DNA of 64,000 bases, from NCBI GenBank assembly GCA_050916045.1, contig CP051526.1, positions 1,888,001 to 1,952,000 of the forward strand, read 5' to 3'. The DNA is from Tepidisphaera sp. (lineage in GTDB: Bacteria; Planctomycetota; Phycisphaerae; Phycisphaerales; UBA1924). The notes below the pieces were generated by a model. It was given only the letters and a program-made list of their open reading frames with translations. It ran no database searches and was not told where the DNA came from. Each line of letters begins with the position of its first letter. The first letter of the stretch is position 1. The position numbers and the translations under genes are program-made. Of this stretch, positions 1-10,362 are shown piece by piece.

Positions 1-713
1 ACCGCGTCCTGGAGATCAAGCTCGCAAAGCTCCCAGAGCATGCTCGCGTACACGATGAACGGCACCACGATTCCGACGAATCCCAGGCACGCGAAAACGT
101 AGATCGCGAACCCCACCAAGATCAGGCTCAAGTAGGCCGCGGACACCGCCGCCGCCACCCGAAGGCTCAGAATCCCAAGGCCTCCATCCAGCCCCACCCA
201 GATCACTCCGCAGATGACGTACACGATGAAGCTCACGACGACCGAGGTGCCGAACCGCGCCATCGACCACGCCAGGCCCTCCAGCCCGCCGTTCATGAGC
301 GCCAGGCCGCCGATCAGCGCCACCCCCGCCGCGATGTAGATCAAACACCGCTTGATATCGTGCCGGGTGATGTCCCGAGCCATCATCTCATCGCGAGCCC
401 GCCGGCTCGTCCGCGGCTGCTGTTTGCCGCACTCGGGACACTTGCCCCCCGGGCTGCCCCGCAGGTCGTACTGGCAGAACGCGCACGGCAGCGGAGGCGC
501 ATCCGGAGGCGGCGGCGGGGGCGGTCCACCCCCGTGACCGCAGTGGATGCACTTCTTGCTGTCGCCGGGGATCAGCCGCCCGCAGTCCGCGCACGGCTTG
601 AGCGTTGCCCCCGGCGGCGGAGTTTCCTCCGGCGCAAGCTGAAAGTCCCCGCCGGGCTTGGTGCCCTTGGCAGGTTCCATGCGAGCCGGCGGCCTGCGGA
701 ACTCCTGATCCAT
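1..713 (-). CDS. Membrane protein with N-terminal zinc ribbons (3' end runs off the window)
   Basis: Manual translation from ATG 713, absent from the ORF track because no stop lies in the window: MDQEFRRPP..CADCGRLIPGDSKKCIHCG..PPPPPPP..CAFCQYDLRGSPGGKCPECGK, followed by several hydrophobic helices (IYIAAGVALIGGLALM, VVSFIVYVICGVIWVGL). Confidence 0.8.
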   Translation of the reverse strand, partial: MDQEFRRPPARMEPAKGTKPGGDFQLAPEETPPPGATLKPCADCGRLIPGDSKKCIHCGHGGGPPPPPPPDAPPLPCAFCQYDLRGSPGGKCPECGKQQPRTSRRARDEMMARDITRHDIKRCLIYIAAGVALIGGLALMNGGLEGLAWSMARFGTSVVVSFIVYVICGVIWVGLDGGLGILSLRVAAAVSAAYLSLILVGFAIYVFACLGFVGIVVPFIVYASMLWELCELDLQDA

Positions 714-760
714 CTTCGCAGTCTACCGGGTCCGCCTCGGTTCGGTGGCGGTCGGGCACC

Positions 761-2086
761 TTACGAACGCGGCAACGAATCAAGCACCCTCGTCAGCCGC
801 GCGAAAAACTCCGCGACCACACCCTCATCCGCGACGTGCGCCAGCGAAAGGTAAAGCTTGGTCCCCATCGGGTTCACGAACACTCCGGCCGCGAAAAGCC
901 CGACCATCATCGCTCGCGACTTGGCACGGTTGCCCGCGATCGTCGAGCGATAGTCAAACACCGGCTCGTTGGAGAAGACGATCTGCCCGAGCGGCCCATC
1001 GCCGATCACCCGACCCTCATGGCCCGTGTCGCGAACGACCCGCGCCAGCCCCTCGCGAAACCGTGCTCCAAGATCGTGAAGCGACGGATACGTCCCCGGC
1101 GACCGGTACACCGCCAGCGCCGCGTTCGCCGCCGCCGCTGAGACCGGATTGCCCCCAAGCGTCGACGCCGTCCAAACATAATCCGCGTGCGAAGCCCGAT
1201 CCTCCCGGGCCAGATCGATGATCTCCGACCTGGCGACAAACGCCCCGATCGGAAGCCCGCCGCCGAGGGCTTTCCCGTACGCCACCAAATCCGCCGGCAC
1301 CCCGTAATACTGCTGAGCCCCGCCGTACGCCAGACGGAACCCCGTCACCACCTCGTCAAACGCAAGCAGCACGCCGTGGCGGTCGCACACCTCGCGAAGC
1401 CCAGCCAGAAACCCCGGCCGCGGTGCCAGACACCGGTGCAAAGGCTCGACGATCACGCACGCCAGACGGTCCGCGTGCTCCCGGATAATCGAAGCCGTCG
1501 TCTCCAAGTCGTTGTACGGGGCGATCAGCGTGTGCTCGGCGTGGATCCCCGCGCTCGAAGGCTCCGGCGAGGGGAAAGGCGTCCGCCCCGACGGGAAGAG
1601 GCTTGTCACCCCCTCGTCGTTGGATCCGTGGTACGCCCCCTCGAACTTCAGTACGTCTCGCTTGCCCGTCGCCGCCCGCGCGAGCCGCAAGCAGTGCATC
1701 GTGGCCTCCGTCCCCGACGCGCAGAATCGAAGCCGCCGGCCCGCATCCGGCTGGATCCGAAGCAGCTCCTCCCCAAGCCGCAGGGACTCGGTGTTCGGAA
1801 ACGAGAAGTTCGTCCCAAGCCCCAGCCGAGACCCCGCCGCAGCCACCACCGCCGGATTTGCGTGCCCGGGAAGCACCGACCCCCAGCCCATCGAAAAGTC
1901 CAGCATCTCCCGACCCGTCGAATCCCACAGCAAAGCCCCTCGGCCCCGCTCGATCACCCGCAGAAGCTCCGGCGGCAGGTCAAACTCGCCGTTGGACCCA
2001 CCCGGAAAGGCCGCGGCCGAGCGGGCCGCGTCGGACTGAGATGCAGAGGTGCTCGAGAGATCGCGTGCGGAAGTCAGGGTGGTCAT
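761..2086 (-). CDS. Class III PLP-dependent aminotransferase (glutamate-1-semialdehyde aminomutase-like)
   Basis: Motifs DFSMGWGSVLPGH, SGTEA, KFEGAYHG, FDEVVTGFR, YGKALGGGLPIGA (PLP lysine). The STLGGNP region diverges from HemL GTLSGNP, so the substrate is uncertain. Confidence 0.88.
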   Translation of the reverse strand: MTTLTSARDLSSTSASQSDAARSAAAFPGGSNGEFDLPPELLRVIERGRGALLWDSTGREMLDFSMGWGSVLPGHANPAVVAAAGSRLGLGTNFSFPNTESLRLGEELLRIQPDAGRRLRFCASGTEATMHCLRLARAATGKRDVLKFEGAYHGSNDEGVTSLFPSGRTPFPSPEPSSAGIHAEHTLIAPYNDLETTASIIREHADRLACVIVEPLHRCLAPRPGFLAGLREVCDRHGVLLAFDEVVTGFRLAYGGAQQYYGVPADLVAYGKALGGGLPIGAFVARSEIIDLAREDRASHADYVWTASTLGGNPVSAAAANAALAVYRSPGTYPSLHDLGARFREGLARVVRDTGHEGRVIGDGPLGQIVFSNEPVFDYRSTIAGNRAKSRAMMVGLFAAGVFVNPMGTKLYLSLAHVADEGVVAEFFARLTRVLDSLPRS

Positions 2087-2339
2087 GCCCGCATGCTAAA
2101 GACCGACGCCCTGCCGAGTGTAAGGATGGTGCGAAGATTCGCCGGGCGAAAGACAGCCCTCGGCCCTTGCGGGACGGGCACGCGCAACGCAGACCTCTGG
2201 CGCCCAAAGGCGTTCCGGATCGCAGCCTACCAGACCCGGAGTTCGGCCGCAAGCCGCCACCGATCGCTGTTGCTGCGAAAACGCGTCGCGAATCCCGGTT
2301 TCGCTGGCTTTTCTCCGAATTCGTGGCATGTTCAGGTCC

Positions 2340-3170
2340 ATGAAGCACACCCGCGTCGCCGGCTCATTCTTCGCGCTCGTCCTGTTCGCCCTCCCTGCGG
2401 CGGCCGAGTTCACGCGGAACATCATGATCACGGGCTATTGGCCCAACACCAACAACATGATGCGCCGGTTCAGCAACAACCCCTCTCAGAACCCCTCGGG
2501 CTGGATCGGCCAGAACTGGGAGGGCTCGGGGTACAACATCTACGCGTTCTTCCCGGAGTTCCCCGGCCAGAACGGGCCCGAGTGGGGGCGCGGCGTGGGT
2601 GACTTCGAGGTCGACTACCGCGACACCATGGCCGACTGGGCCCGCATCACCGGCGAGGTCGACCCTGTCGCCATCATGACCTTTAGCCGCGGCAACAACG
2701 ACCGTTCGTGGGAGGTCGAGTCCCGCAACCGCAATCGCTCTGCATGGAGCCCGGACTACAGCGGATACCAGCCCGGCCGCGTCGACCAGTCCATCGCCGC
2801 CAACGCCTACCGCAACAGCACGCTCCCGATGCAGGACATCGTGGACTCCGTCCGGGCCGCGAACCTCGGCCTCAACGCGTACATCGACCGCTCTGCGGCC
2901 GCCGGCGGCACCTTCCTCTCTGAGTTCATCGGCTACCACGGCTTGTGGTACCAGTCGATGCACTCCGAGCCTACCGACGCCAACTGGTGCGTCGCCGCGG
3001 GCCATGTCCACGTGGGCATCCAGGTTGACGTCGACACCGCCACCCGCGCGATGGAGATCTCCCTCCGCGAACTGATCGCTCAGGTCGACGCGACGATCCC
3101 CACGCCCGGCACGGCCGTCATCGGCGTGATGGGCCTCAGCGTGCTGAGCGTCCGTCGCCGGCGTGCCTGA
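2340..3170 (+). CDS. Secreted pyroglutamyl-peptidase I (C15)-like protein with PEP-CTERM-like C-terminal sorting signal
   Basis: Signal peptide; ITGYWP, VESRNRN, AGGTFLSE and AGHVHV align with the Pcp TGFxP/E/GTFxC/GFIH motifs; C-terminus IPTPG + hydrophobic helix + RRRRA. Confidence 0.7.
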   Translation: MKHTRVAGSFFALVLFALPAAAEFTRNIMITGYWPNTNNMMRRFSNNPSQNPSGWIGQNWEGSGYNIYAFFPEFPGQNGPEWGRGVGDFEVDYRDTMADWARITGEVDPVAIMTFSRGNNDRSWEVESRNRNRSAWSPDYSGYQPGRVDQSIAANAYRNSTLPMQDIVDSVRAANLGLNAYIDRSAAAGGTFLSEFIGYHGLWYQSMHSEPTDANWCVAAGHVHVGIQVDVDTATRAMEISLRELIAQVDATIPTPGTAVIGVMGLSVLSVRRRRA

Positions 3171-3639
3171 TCACCCGCGGGTCTGGCCCCGATCGATCCC
3201 CGTCATCCTCATCCTCATCCTCGCGAGCTCTCTCGTCGGTCTCCGGCGGAGGCATCGCCGCACCCGTGAGGATCAGCGACAAACTCCCCGAGTGCCACCA
3301 GAAAATCAAGCCGAAGTACAGCGCGATGACCGAGATCATCAGCCACTCATCGCCAGGGAACCAGCCCGATTTGGGCCGAAAGATGTACGCCAACCCCACC
3401 AGCACCGCAACCGGGCGAAGCACGCCGCCGTGCTTGATCATGACCCCGAAAAGCGTCCAGCGGATCAGCCACGAGACCGCCACCATCGGCCAGAACGCCA
3501 GGATCGGCTCGAGGTACCGCCCCGCCACGATCGCCTGCACGCCCGCCACGGTCACAAGCACCGCGACCGTCGCGAACGTCGCCGAGGTGAAAACCCCGAC
3601 GTTGCGGTGAAAGAGGGTGAGCCGGCGCCACACCATCAT
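3136..3639 (-). CDS. Hypothetical integral membrane protein
   Basis: About four hydrophobic segments and an acidic tail; the start ATG overlaps the glnS stop (ATGA coupling). Confidence 0.65.
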   Translation of the reverse strand: MMVWRRLTLFHRNVGVFTSATFATVAVLVTVAGVQAIVAGRYLEPILAFWPMVAVSWLIRWTLFGVMIKHGGVLRPVAVLVGLAYIFRPKSGWFPGDEWLMISVIALYFGLIFWWHSGSLSLILTGAAMPPPETDERAREDEDEDDGDRSGPDPRVIRHAGDGRSAR

Positions 3640-5435
3640 GCTTTCGCCGCGTCCTTGGCCGCTTCCTTCACCCATCCATCCTTCAGCGTCACCGTCCGGT
3701 TGAACACGGGCTTGCCCGGTCCCGAATCCTGATCCATCACGAAATACCCGAGCCGCTCGAACTGGATCCGCGTGCCCGCCGCAAGCAAAGCCGCGGCCGG
3801 CTCGATCTTCGCATGCACCACTTCCAGCGAGTTGGGATTCAGATCATCCACCCAGTTGCCGGTCGCTTTGCCCGGCTCTTCGACCTTGAACAACCGGTCA
3901 AACAAGCGGACTTCGGCATCCTTCGCGTGCGTCGCCGAGACCCAGTGCATCGTCGCTTTCACCTTGCGGCCGTCGGGGCTGTCGCCGCCGCGTGTCGCCG
4001 GGTCGATCGTCGCCCTGAGGCCCGTGATGTTCCCGCTCGCGTCCTTCTCGACGCCAGTGCACGTCAGGAAGTACGCCCAGCGGAGGCGCACCTCGCGGCC
4101 CGGGCCCAAGCGGAAGAACTTCTTCGGCGGGTCCTCCATGAAGTCGTCCCGCTCGATGTAGATCTCCTTCGTGAACGGCACCTTGCGGACGCCCGCGCTC
4201 GCATCCTCAGGATTGTTCACCGCGTCAAGCTCATCGACCTTGCCCGCGTCCCAGTTCTCGATCGTGACCTTCAGCGGGCGGAGCACCCCCATGTACCGCG
4301 GCGCGATCTTGTTCAGATGGTCCCGGCACGCGTTCTCCAAGCGGCCTAGGTCGATCACGCTCTCCGTCTTCGTGACGCCGACCTCTTCGCAGAAGTTCCG
4401 CACCGCTTCGGGCGTGTACCCGCGCCGGCGGAACCCGCGAATCGTCGGCATGCGCGGATCGTCCCAGCCGGTCACGATCTTGTCCTGCACCATCTTGAGC
4501 AGGTTGCGCTTGCTCAGGATCGTGTACGTGAGCTGAAGCTTGGCGAACTCGATCTGCTGGCTGTGGTGGATCGGCTTGGCCCGTCCTTCGTTGATCGCGT
4601 GGATGAACCAGTCGTAAAGCGGGCGGTGGTTCTCGAACTCAAGCGTGCAGATCGAGTGGGTGATCCCCTCCTCGGAATCCTCGATGCCGTGAGCCCAGTC
4701 GTACATCGGATAGATGCACCACGTCTTGCCGGTGTTGTGGTGCTCCTCGTGCAGGATGCGGTACATCACCGGGTCGCGAAGGTTGAAGTTCGGGGACGCG
4801 AGGTCGATCTTCGCGCGAAGCGTCATCGCGCCGTTGGGGTGCTTGCCCTCGCGCATCTCGCGGAATCGGGTCAAGCTCTCCTCGACCGGCCGGTCGCGGA
4901 ACGGCGACGTCGCGGGGATCTGCGGCGTGCCGCGGCGCTTGCTCACCTCGTCGGCGGAAAGCTCGCAGACGTAGGCTTTGCCCTTCTTGATCAGATCCTC
5001 GGCGAAATCGGCCATCTTGCCGAAGAGGTCGCTCGCCCAGTACAACCCGCCGCCGATCGGCGAGGCAAGCTCAAAGTCGGCGCCAAGCCACTTGACGTCG
5101 TCCTTGATCGCGTCGACGTACTCCTGCTCTTCCTTCGCCGGATTGGTGTCGTCAAACCGCAGGTTGAACTTGCCGCCGTACTTGCGAGCAAGCCCGGAGT
5201 TCAGGCAGATCGACTTCGCGTGCCCGATGTGCAGGTACCCGTTGGGCTCCGGCGGAAACCGCGTGTGCACCTTGGGCCGGCCCACGCGAGAGTCCGAACC
5301 CTCCCCCGTCCCGGCGTCCCCGCGCGTCCATTGCCCCCAGCGCCCGGAAGCGTTGTCCGCATCGATGATCTGCTCGATGAAGTGCAACGAGGGAGCCGCG
5401 GGGTGGGACGGACGGGTTTCGGTAGGGTCAGTCAT
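3636..5435 (-). CDS. glnS: Glutamine--tRNA ligase
   Basis: [19 protein letters not shown] (HIGH), [39 protein letters not shown]. Confidence 0.97.
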   Translation of the reverse strand: MTDPTETRPSHPAAPSLHFIEQIIDADNASGRWGQWTRGDAGTGEGSDSRVGRPKVHTRFPPEPNGYLHIGHAKSICLNSGLARKYGGKFNLRFDDTNPAKEEQEYVDAIKDDVKWLGADFELASPIGGGLYWASDLFGKMADFAEDLIKKGKAYVCELSADEVSKRRGTPQIPATSPFRDRPVEESLTRFREMREGKHPNGAMTLRAKIDLASPNFNLRDPVMYRILHEEHHNTGKTWCIYPMYDWAHGIEDSEEGITHSICTLEFENHRPLYDWFIHAINEGRAKPIHHSQQIEFAKLQLTYTILSKRNLLKMVQDKIVTGWDDPRMPTIRGFRRRGYTPEAVRNFCEEVGVTKTESVIDLGRLENACRDHLNKIAPRYMGVLRPLKVTIENWDAGKVDELDAVNNPEDASAGVRKVPFTKEIYIERDDFMEDPPKKFFRLGPGREVRLRWAYFLTCTGVEKDASGNITGLRATIDPATRGGDSPDGRKVKATMHWVSATHAKDAEVRLFDRLFKVEEPGKATGNWVDDLNPNSLEVVHAKIEPAAALLAAGTRIQFERLGYFVMDQDSGPGKPVFNRTVTLKDGWVKEAAKDAAKA

Positions 5436-5521
5436 GGCTCACGGATGGTAGATCGGGCCCGGCACGATTCTGCGAACCCGACGCAGGTTAGTGAGTCTAA
5501 ACTTGCGCGGGAGGTTTCAGC

Positions 5522-6859
5522 GTGCTCGTTCCCAAGCGTGCCAAGTTTGTCGGGTGCCTGACAGGGGTCTGGGCCGTTCTTGTCGCCGTGCTCCCCGGCT
5601 GTGCGTTCGAGGAACACCGCGAGCAGCTCGCGTCCCTCCACGCCACCGGCCAGTACGTCCAAGCCGGCGTTCTGCTCGACGACCCCAAGGTCCGCTCCCT
5701 TTATGACGAAGAGGACCAAGTCCTCTGGCACATGGACCGCGGAGCCGCCGCTCTCGCCGCCAACGACACCGCGCGGGCCCTCACCGAGCTCGAGGAAGCC
5801 AAGCGCCAGACCGAGTTCAACGACCAGAAAGCCGCCGGCGAGGTCGTCGCTGAATGGCTCCTCAACGACAACTTCCGCCGCTATGTCGCCGAGCCGTACG
5901 AGGACACGTACCTCAGCGTGCTCACGATGGTCGCCCTGCTCGAAGAGGGCCGCATCGAGCCCGGCGCCGCCAACGAAGCACGCCGCTTGGGCCTCCGCTC
6001 CAACTTCCTCCGCGACCGGTACAACCAGCAGGTGCAAGCCCTCCGCGACAAGGAGGGCAACCGCCTCGCTTCCACCGGATGGCAAGGCGGAGGCGGCGAG
6101 TTCGTCGAGTCCCCGCTCGGCTCGTACCTGGCTTCCCTTTCGTTCATGGCTTCCGGCCAGCGTGACAACCAGCGGATCGCCGCCGACCGCATGCTCGACG
6201 CGATCCGTCAGCAGCGGGTGGGAGAGGTCCGCGAGTCCGACTTTGCCGCTCTCGCCGAACGCACCCCCGCCGACACCAACGTCGTGATCGTCGCGTTTGC
6301 CGGCCGCGGCCCCACCAAGCGGGCCCAGCGACTCCCCCCGATCGTCATCGACAAGGTGAGCTTCTACGCCGAGATTCCGGTTTTGGTCCCGCACCGCACC
6401 CGCGTCGGCGGCGCCCAAGCCGAGTTCGACACCGGTGAGAAGATCCCCCTCGCGCTCGCCGAAGACATGGCTCTCGTCGCCACCGACACCTACGAGAAGA
6501 CCATGCCGCTCATCCAGGGCCGGGCCATCGCCCGCGCCGCCGCCCGCGCGGTCGGAGCCTACTTCATCACCGAAGCCGTCGACAAAAGCAACAACCGCAA
6601 CAACGACGTCGCCCGCTGGGGCACCCAGCTCGGCCTGCTCGCCGCTCAGATCCTCGTCGAACGCGCCGATGTGCGAGCCTGGGCCTTCATGCCCGGCCGG
6701 GCGTACGTCGCCGCGACAAAGGTCCCCGCGGGCGTCCGCCAGTACCGGATCATCTACGCCAACAACGCCGGCGCCGTCGCGTACACGACGCCGTGGCAGC
6801 CCGTCAACGTCAGCGAAGGCGGAGGCCTCGTCGCCGCCGTCGGGTACTACTGGGATTGA
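5522..6859 (+). CDS. Lipoprotein, COG3014-like (helical-repeat protein)
   Basis: Lipobox-like VLPGC; YxxEPYE and RADVRAW motifs; lies directly upstream of an LpoB-like gene, a typical pairing. Confidence 0.65.
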   Translation: MLVPKRAKFVGCLTGVWAVLVAVLPGCAFEEHREQLASLHATGQYVQAGVLLDDPKVRSLYDEEDQVLWHMDRGAAALAANDTARALTELEEAKRQTEFNDQKAAGEVVAEWLLNDNFRRYVAEPYEDTYLSVLTMVALLEEGRIEPGAANEARRLGLRSNFLRDRYNQQVQALRDKEGNRLASTGWQGGGGEFVESPLGSYLASLSFMASGQRDNQRIAADRMLDAIRQQRVGEVRESDFAALAERTPADTNVVIVAFAGRGPTKRAQRLPPIVIDKVSFYAEIPVLVPHRTRVGGAQAEFDTGEKIPLALAEDMALVATDTYEKTMPLIQGRAIARAAARAVGAYFITEAVDKSNNRNNDVARWGTQLGLLAAQILVERADVRAWAFMPGRAYVAATKVPAGVRQYRIIYANNAGAVAYTTPWQPVNVSEGGGLVAAVGYYWD

Positions 6860-6941
6860 CCGTCCGCTCACCGTCCAAACACCACCGCCGCCCACGCGAG
6901 CTTCGAACCACGCTTCGCGCGCGGCCACAAGGAGAAGTCGA

Positions 6942-7574
6942 ATGAACCGGAAGATGACCCGCACGATCGCAACCTCGCTCATCGCGATCACCGCCGCAAG
7001 CCTCGCCGCTTGCAGCAGCCAGAACGAGAGGATCACCCGCGTCGACCCCATGAAGGGCGGGATCGACGTCAACAGCCGCTACAACGCCACCGACGCCCAC
7101 CAGATGGCCGAGGTCCTCATCAACGACGTTCTGACCAAGCCCTGGATCGAGAACGCTCGCGCCGCCAACGCCGGCGCCGGCGTCAACCCGCCTACGCCCA
7201 AGATGGTCCTGGGCACCATCAAGAACAAAACCACCGACTACACCATCGACATGGCCATGGTCACCAACCAGGTGCAGGAAGAGCTCATCAACTCCGGCCG
7301 TGTCCGCGTCTTCGCCGCCAAGGACATCCGCAATGAGCTCCGCGCCGAACGCTTCGACACCGAGTTCGCCGACCCCTCGACCGTCAGCAAAGCCGCCAGC
7401 GAGATCAAAGCCCAGTTCATGCTCCTGGGCGAACTCCTCGAAAACGTCCAGGTCTCTGGCGATGGCCGCACCAAGGACGTCTACTACGAGCTCCGCCTCG
7501 AGATGACCGACATGGCCACCACCGAAAAGCTGTGGATCAAGACCGCTCGAAGCCGCAAGATCTCCGAGCGTTAA
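6942..7574 (+). CDS. LpoB-like penicillin-binding-protein activator lipoprotein
   Basis: AAGGAG RBS; lipobox LAAC; IKNKTTDYTID, EELINSGRVRV and YYELRLEMTDMATTEKLWIK fit the LpoB/CsgG-like fold. Confidence 0.7.
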   Translation: MNRKMTRTIATSLIAITAASLAACSSQNERITRVDPMKGGIDVNSRYNATDAHQMAEVLINDVLTKPWIENARAANAGAGVNPPTPKMVLGTIKNKTTDYTIDMAMVTNQVQEELINSGRVRVFAAKDIRNELRAERFDTEFADPSTVSKAASEIKAQFMLLGELLENVQVSGDGRTKDVYYELRLEMTDMATTEKLWIKTARSRKISER

Positions 7575-7600
7575 CCAGACGCTTCCAACGCACCGTCCGA

Positions 7601-7632
7601 GAAAACGCCGGCCCCCAAAGGTCGGCGTTTTC
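7601..7632 (+). terminator. Putative intrinsic terminator
   Basis: GAAAACGCCGGCC-loop-GGTCGGCGTTTTC inverted repeat just after the stop at 7574. Confidence 0.6.
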
Positions 7633-7755
7633 GTTGGCCGCATGCGCCGGTCGCGCCGTCTGCGCCGCCGCCTTCCGCCCAAATCCGCCCGATCACGCGA
7701 CGCGAAGGTGTTGGAGAGTCTCTCTGGGCGTATCTTGACGGAAGGGACCGACACC

Positions 7756-8913
7756 ATGACGCATCTTGCTTCCATCCCGCGTCTTTCCGCACTCTGTGTC
7801 GCCGCCCTCGCCGCGGCCAGCGGTCACGCTCAGTGCGCCCCGTCCCCGACGGACCTTCGGATGGGCACCGCGACCTGGTCCCAGCCGTGCAACGGCCTGT
7901 ACCGCCCCTCGCACCTCACCGACGGCAACGCTTCGACCGCCTGGGCGCTCGGACGCTGCAACGGAGCCGCCGACGAGACGCTGACCGAATCGCTCGTCTT
8001 CGAGACGGCGACCGACATCGTCGGTCTTGGCGCGACGCTCCAGCTTGCGATCTTCTCCGGCCGATACGAACCTTGCTGCGGCGGCGGGATGATGACGGTG
8101 GGGCGGTTCCGCGTCTACGTGACCGGCGCCGAACGGTCGGAGCTCGCCGACGGTCGCGCCTCAAACGGTCAGATGGGCTCGGGGTGGACGCTCCTCACCC
8201 CCGATCAGATCATCGTCGAGCCCACGGACGCTTTCGGCATCTCGCTGGCGTCGATGCAAGCGGCTCCGGCCGTGACCCTCCTCCCTGACGGCACGATCCA
8301 GCTCTCCGGAGCGAACCCCGAGTACGCCCGCTGCACGGTCACCGCTCGCTCGCCCCTCGCGACGATCACCGGCATCCGCATCGAGCTCGTGAACAACGCA
8401 AGCCCCGGCCCCGGCGGCTACAAGGGCCCCGGCCGCCACGCCAACGGCAACTGCGAGATCCGCGAGGTCTCGCTGAGCACCACAAGCGGCCCGCGCATCG
8501 ACACGCCCCCGCAGGACCAGTACGTCTGCCCCGGCGGGTCGACCTCGTTCTACGTCGGCGCGAGCGGCCCGGGGCCGATCCGCTTCCAGTGGCGTCGCAA
8601 GGGCCGCGAGCTTCGCGGCGCAACCGGCAACATCTACGTCGTCCCCGCCGCGACCGCGGCGACCGCCGGCGAGTACGACTGCATCGTGACCGGGCCCTGC
8701 GGAACCACGATCAGCCCGCCCGCGAACCTCATCCTCTGCCCCGCCGACGTCAACTGCGACCAGTTCCTGGACTTCTTCGACTACGACGCGTTCGTGGCCT
8801 GCTTTGACGCGGGCGAGTGCGAGGGCACCTCCACCGCAGACTTCAACGGCGACGGCTTCATCGATTTCTTCGATTACGACGAGTTCGTCGAGTCCTTCGA
8901 GACGGGCTGCTGA
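7756..8913 (+). CDS. Secreted protein with Ig-like domain and C-terminal GC-type dockerin
   Basis: Signal peptide (AAASGHA-Q); Ig motifs FQWRRKG and GEYDCIVT; tail CPADVNCDQFLDFFDYDAF..ADFNGDGFIDFFDYDEFVESFETGC. Confidence 0.85.
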   Translation: MTHLASIPRLSALCVAALAAASGHAQCAPSPTDLRMGTATWSQPCNGLYRPSHLTDGNASTAWALGRCNGAADETLTESLVFETATDIVGLGATLQLAIFSGRYEPCCGGGMMTVGRFRVYVTGAERSELADGRASNGQMGSGWTLLTPDQIIVEPTDAFGISLASMQAAPAVTLLPDGTIQLSGANPEYARCTVTARSPLATITGIRIELVNNASPGPGGYKGPGRHANGNCEIREVSLSTTSGPRIDTPPQDQYVCPGGSTSFYVGASGPGPIRFQWRRKGRELRGATGNIYVVPAATAATAGEYDCIVTGPCGTTISPPANLILCPADVNCDQFLDFFDYDAFVACFDAGECEGTSTADFNGDGFIDFFDYDEFVESFETGC

Positions 8914-9013
8914 GCACCCGGTCCCCGCAAGAGACGACCGCGCGAGCGTTCGATGAATCTCGGTCGACCGTCGCACCGCGTGGAACCCCCGCGGACCCTG
9001 ATACAATCGCACG

Positions 9014-9211
9014 ATGAAACGCACGACCCTTGCCGTCCCGCCGCTTGCCGTCCTGACGGTGCTCGCGCTGACCGCCCTCGCCGGCTGTGAAAGCGATCAC
9101 GCCGCCGTGAGTTCCGAGCGGGAACGCGAGCACGAGCGTCGGGTCTCCGAAGCGTGGAACCAGAGCGACAGGCCCATCCGCATCCCCGACTCCGGCGTGG
9201 AGCGTCGGTAA
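9014..9211 (+). CDS. Small putative lipoprotein
   Basis: Basic N-terminus, hydrophobic stretch and LAGC lipobox; TACAAT just upstream. Confidence 0.6.
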   Translation: MKRTTLAVPPLAVLTVLALTALAGCESDHAAVSSEREREHERRVSEAWNQSDRPIRIPDSGVERR

Positions 9212-9273
9212 ACCCGCCCCGATGGCCGACGTCGTGTGCCATCGAAGGTGATCGCTCGCGGTGCCCATGAGAA

Positions 9274-9299
9274 AGCACGCCCGGTCGGCCGGGCGTGCT
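9274..9299. terminator. Hairpin between convergent genes (possibly a bidirectional terminator)
   Basis: AGCACGCCCGG-TCGG-CCGGGCGTGCT, an 11 bp perfect stem. Confidence 0.55.
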
Positions 9300-9330
9300 C
9301 GAGGACATTTGATTCACATCACAGGTCCGC

Positions 9331-10362
9331 TCACCGCGAAGCGACCGTGCTCGCCTTCACCGTGGGCTGGCCCGTCTGCTCGACGGTGGGGGTGTTCCCC
9401 TGCGGGGCCTGCTTCACATCCCCGGGCCCGATCTCGATCACCTGCTTGCGCTGGATCGGGGTGAACCCGGCCTGCTTCTTCGTGCGGTTGCGAGCGTCAA
9501 GGTCGATCTTCGCCTTGGCTTCGTAGTTGTCGGTCACGCCGCCCTTGCCGAGGCTTTCGAGCTGAGCTTCCTGCTTGGTCCGCATCTCGGCGAGGCGGCC
9601 CTTGAGGTTCTCAAGGCTGCCGGCTTCGTAGCGGCTGTTGCGGTCGATCGTGTCCTGACGCTTCTCCATGATCGTGATCAGCCTGTCGTTGCGGGCGATC
9701 GCGTCGATCTGGTGGTCCAATGCCGCGAGCTGCGTCTGGAACTCGGCCCGCTCGGCTTCAAGCTTGTCGGCGAGGTCCGCGAGACGCTTCTCCTGCTCGC
9801 TCATGTACCCAAGGTCCCGATCGATCTCGGCCTGACGCGAGGTATAGGTCGCGACGACCTGCTCGACCCGCGTCGCCTTCGTCACGGCCTGGTCGATCGT
9901 GAGCGACTCATTGTTGAAGTTCAGGCGGATCTCGGGCGAACCTTCGCCGATGGAGTTGGTGTCTTCCCGGTACGAAGCCGCCGAAGCCAGCGCCCCGTGC
10001 GACTCGGTCAGGTCCTGGGCCTGGGCGAGCATGCCCGTCAGCTTGCCAAGGTCCGCCTGAGCAAGGTCCACGACCCGCTGGGCGACCTGCTGCTCGCGGC
10101 GAAGCTCGGTGCTCTGCTGGCGGAGCTGAGCCAGGTCCGTGCGGACCGCGGCGATCCGCGGAGCGTACTGAGACTCAAGCTCGCGGATCTGAGCCCGCAG
10201 CGCCGCGGGATCGTCGATGCACGAGTCCACCGCGGAGTTGATGTTGTTGCCGACCTTGTCCACCAGCAGCCGGGCCCGGACGGGACCGACGATGGCGAGC
10301 CCGGCAACCGCCGCAAGGGCAGAGATGACGCCGACACGAACGATGGTCTTGGTGAGTGCCAT
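9331..10362 (-). CDS. PspA/IM30-like coiled-coil protein with N-terminal anchor
   Basis: AAGGAGG RBS; N-terminal hydrophobic helix; 'IDDPAALRAQIRELE' resembles the PspA DP motif; long heptad coiled coil. Confidence 0.65.
   Translation of the reverse strand: MALTKTIVRVGVISALAAVAGLAIVGPVRARLLVDKVGNNINSAVDSCIDDPAALRAQIRELESQYAPRIAAVRTDLAQLRQQSTELRREQQVAQRVVDLAQADLGKLTGMLAQAQDLTESHGALASAASYREDTNSIGEGSPEIRLNFNNESLTIDQAVTKATRVEQVVATYTSRQAEIDRDLGYMSEQEKRLADLADKLEAERAEFQTQLAALDHQIDAIARNDRLITIMEKRQDTIDRNSRYEAGSLENLKGRLAEMRTKQEAQLESLGKGGVTDNYEAKAKIDLDARNRTKKQAGFTPIQRKQVIEIGPGDVKQAPQGNTPTVEQTGQPTVKASTVASR

Noticed and set aside
16..348. 110 aa minus-strand ORF in the track
   Set aside because: Out-of-frame shadow of the zinc-ribbon membrane gene (713 to <1), which has far more protein-like composition.
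761..2086. Naming the aminotransferase hemL
   Set aside because: Substrate-determining segments diverge from HemL and there are no tetrapyrrole genes nearby.
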